DNA of 64,000 nucleotides from a virus: IMG/VR virus record IMGVR_UViG_3300050498_000097, positions 2,700 to 66,699 of that record; one strand, 5' to 3'. Shown piece by piece: positions 62,406 to 64,000 of this stretch (position 1 is its first letter; each line of letters starts with the position of its first letter). The notes under the pieces were generated by a model. It saw only the letters and a program-made list of their open reading frames with translations, ran no database searches and was not told where the DNA came from. The position numbers and the translations under genes were made by a program.

Positions 62406-64000
62406 GAACTACTCCATCCGCCTGGAGCATTGAAAGCAGGTTCGGTGGTTCATGGGCCATCCCGCGTACCAGCAAAATTGAGCAGTACTTGGCCAGGGAG
62501 CTGCGCAACCGTTCCGTATCAAAGTCATCTGCGAAGAACTGGGTCATGGCAGCCAACTGATCCCAGGCTCCAGATAGCAGTCGATTTGCATGGGCCTGGT
62601 CCTGGACCTTGATCCTGGTGTGCAGCTCGAAGTGAGGTACGTCCGGCCAACGGTTGCGGTTGTGGTTATCCAGCAGCCGTTTCCCGGCTAGTTCCAAGCC
62701 CCGACGAACTGTTGCCTCAGCAAGGACGACAACGCCCATCTCCTGGGTGGTGAAGGCGGATGACTGGATACCGGTAGGGGGTCCAGTGCCAGTGCCTGGG
62801 GAGGGTGGTGGAGGGGGCGCACCAACATTGCCCAAGGTGTTAGGCATCGGAGGCGGCAACTCGGACTGGATTCCGGTGGGCGGGGGCGGCGGTGGAGGTG
62901 GGCCGCTGCCCCCGCCACCTGGAGTAATGCTCTGTGGTGTGGGGGCGATCATTGCTGACTGTGGGATCTGCTCCTCGGTGATGCCGGCAGCCTCACGTAC
63001 GGCCTGGTTCTGCAGCAGCTGTGGATCACGGAGCAGGATTTCCTGGATGAAGCGCTTGGTGCTCTCGTCTGAGCTAGGGGCTTCTGCTTCCTTGAAGTAG
63101 CCGGTATCCCGTACCGCGTCTCCGCTGAGCAGTCCTTTCTCATACAAGTTCAAAGCGTCTTGTAGTCGTTGCGGCCGAATCTGTAGTGGACTGGTGTCAA
63201 AAGAATAGGTGTAGCGACTGGGATCCTCGCCCATGAGCTTTAGCGCCGGAATCAGGTACGCCTTGGTTAGTGCGTCACAGATTCTATTCATGAGGGGTTC
63301 AATGTGGACCTTTATCCCTTGGCCCTCAATAAGGTAGCCGCTGTTGCCGGTGTAGAAGATCCTTCCATCTCGTTTGGCAAGCCAGGTTCCATTGGCAGTG
63401 GTGGGACACCAGACCTTGCCTGTGTATTTAACCCAGGAACGCTCTGTGTACTTAGGGTCAATGACCTTGCGGTGATTGATGGTAAGGATGTGTAATGGCC
63501 GGGTTCCGTAGGCTGCATCGGTCTGTGGACGTAGGCCCCATTGCACACTCAGGCCCAGGAGAATGGCCGCCCGCTCAAGCGGACGAAGTCTGTCCTGCTC
63601 TACCTGAAGAAGCCAATATCCGTTGTGACGCCGGTTTCCGTCCCCGATCTCGATCATTGCCTCAAGCAAGAGCAGCAGCTGAGACTCGGTCAAGTCATCA
63701 ATGAAACTGTCACGAATTACCTTGATTCGACCGGGTGCCACCTCAATGAGCGAATGCGCCTGAGCAGCAGAGATATGGAAACGTACCCCTGATCCAACAC
63801 TGACCGTATTTTCTACCGTTTCGGTCCATCCAACACCAACGGGTCCATAGAGATTGGTCAGGATCCGGCGCAGTTCTTGAATTTCACCTGCTTTGAACTT
63901 AGTAAGATGGACCTTGGGCCGGCCGTTACCGGGTATCAGGTTGATTAAAGTGCCGTCTGAGATGTATGCCGCTACCAACTTAACGAAGTCGTCTTCGTAC
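62392..64000 (-). CDS. Portal protein (5' end outside window), intein-containing
   Basis: C-extein G..VHIEPL..RIC.ALT..YL.P.L, FD.S.L..RP..L.DA; position upstream of MuF; frame open to window edge. Confidence 0.78.
   Translation of the reverse strand, partial: YEDDFVKLVAAYISDGTLINLIPGNGRPKVHLTKFKAGEIQELRRILTNLYGPVGVGWTETVENTVSVGSGVRFHISAAQAHSLIEVAPGRIKVIRDSFIDDLTESQLLLLLEAMIEIGDGNRRHNGYWLLQVEQDRLRPLERAAILLGLSVQWGLRPQTDAAYGTRPLHILTINHRKVIDPKYTERSWVKYTGKVWCPTTANGTWLAKRDGRIFYTGNSGYLIEGQGIKVHIEPLMNRICDALTKAYLIPALKLMGEDPSRYTYSFDTSPLQIRPQRLQDALNLYEKGLLSGDAVRDTGYFKEAEAPSSDESTKRFIQEILLRDPQLLQNQAVREAAGITEEQIPQSAMIAPTPQSITPGGGGSGPPPPPPPPTGIQSELPPPMPNTLGNVGAPPPPPSPGTGTGPPTGIQSSAFTTQEMGVVVLAEATVRRGLELAGKRLLDNHNRNRWPDVPHFELHTRIKVQDQAHANRLLSGAWDQLAAMTQFFADDFDTERLRSSLAKYCSILLVRGMAHEPPNLLSMLQADGVVRAPQ
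63343..64000 (-). mobile_element. Intein with LAGLIDADG endonuclease (3' part)
   Basis: LVAAYISDGT and LLEAMIEIGDG helices; block F VWCPTT; block G IFYTGN followed by Ser. Confidence 0.85.

Noticed and set aside
1-64000. tRNA, rRNA, CRISPR array, integrase/att site
   Set aside because: No cloverleaf with T-loop/CCA, no regularly spaced repeat-spacer array and no tyrosine/serine recombinase motifs seen by eye; a tRNAscan run would be needed to exclude tRNAs fully.

Overview
About 64 kb of a tailed actinobacteriophage genome (siphovirus-like; WhiB-like gene, two-capsid-protein head resembling cluster-B-type actinophages; host genus not determinable). 1-12.4 kb (+ strand): small accessory genes, including a HAD phosphatase, a SLOG/DUF2493 protein, four tandem DUF6197-like paralogues, a PD-(D/E)xK resolvase, an SPFH-like lipoprotein, a WhiB fusion and a DEDDh exonuclease. 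12.3-64 kb (almost all - strand, read right to left): intein-containing portal (partial), MuF, a prohead protease split around an HNH gene, a giant 6190-aa polyvalent protein, hexamer and pentamer capsid proteins, tail genes, tape measure, an inverted amidase endolysin, an 8-gene glycosylation/methylation cluster and a holin module. The strongest candidate for a new system is the 18.6-kb gene with its two small neighbours. It carries a degenerate VIP2-like ART fold, a HExxH peptidase, a GNAT domain bracketed by 34-bp direct repeats, a HipA/PI3K-like kinase, a NUDT9-like Nudix domain and a second ART-like domain, all strung on histone-H1-like AK linkers and Rho-N-like repeats. It may be fused to the upstream protease by a -1 frameshift, and an antisense leaderless small gene follows it. 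Other highlights: the putative virion-glycosylation cluster with a sugar C-methyltransferase, a cluster of TTGCTATAGCAA palindromes, a catalytically dead NlpC/P60 protein and a probable class 3 intein. No tRNA, rRNA, CRISPR array or integrase seen. All family assignments come from motif recognition by eye; no searches were run.
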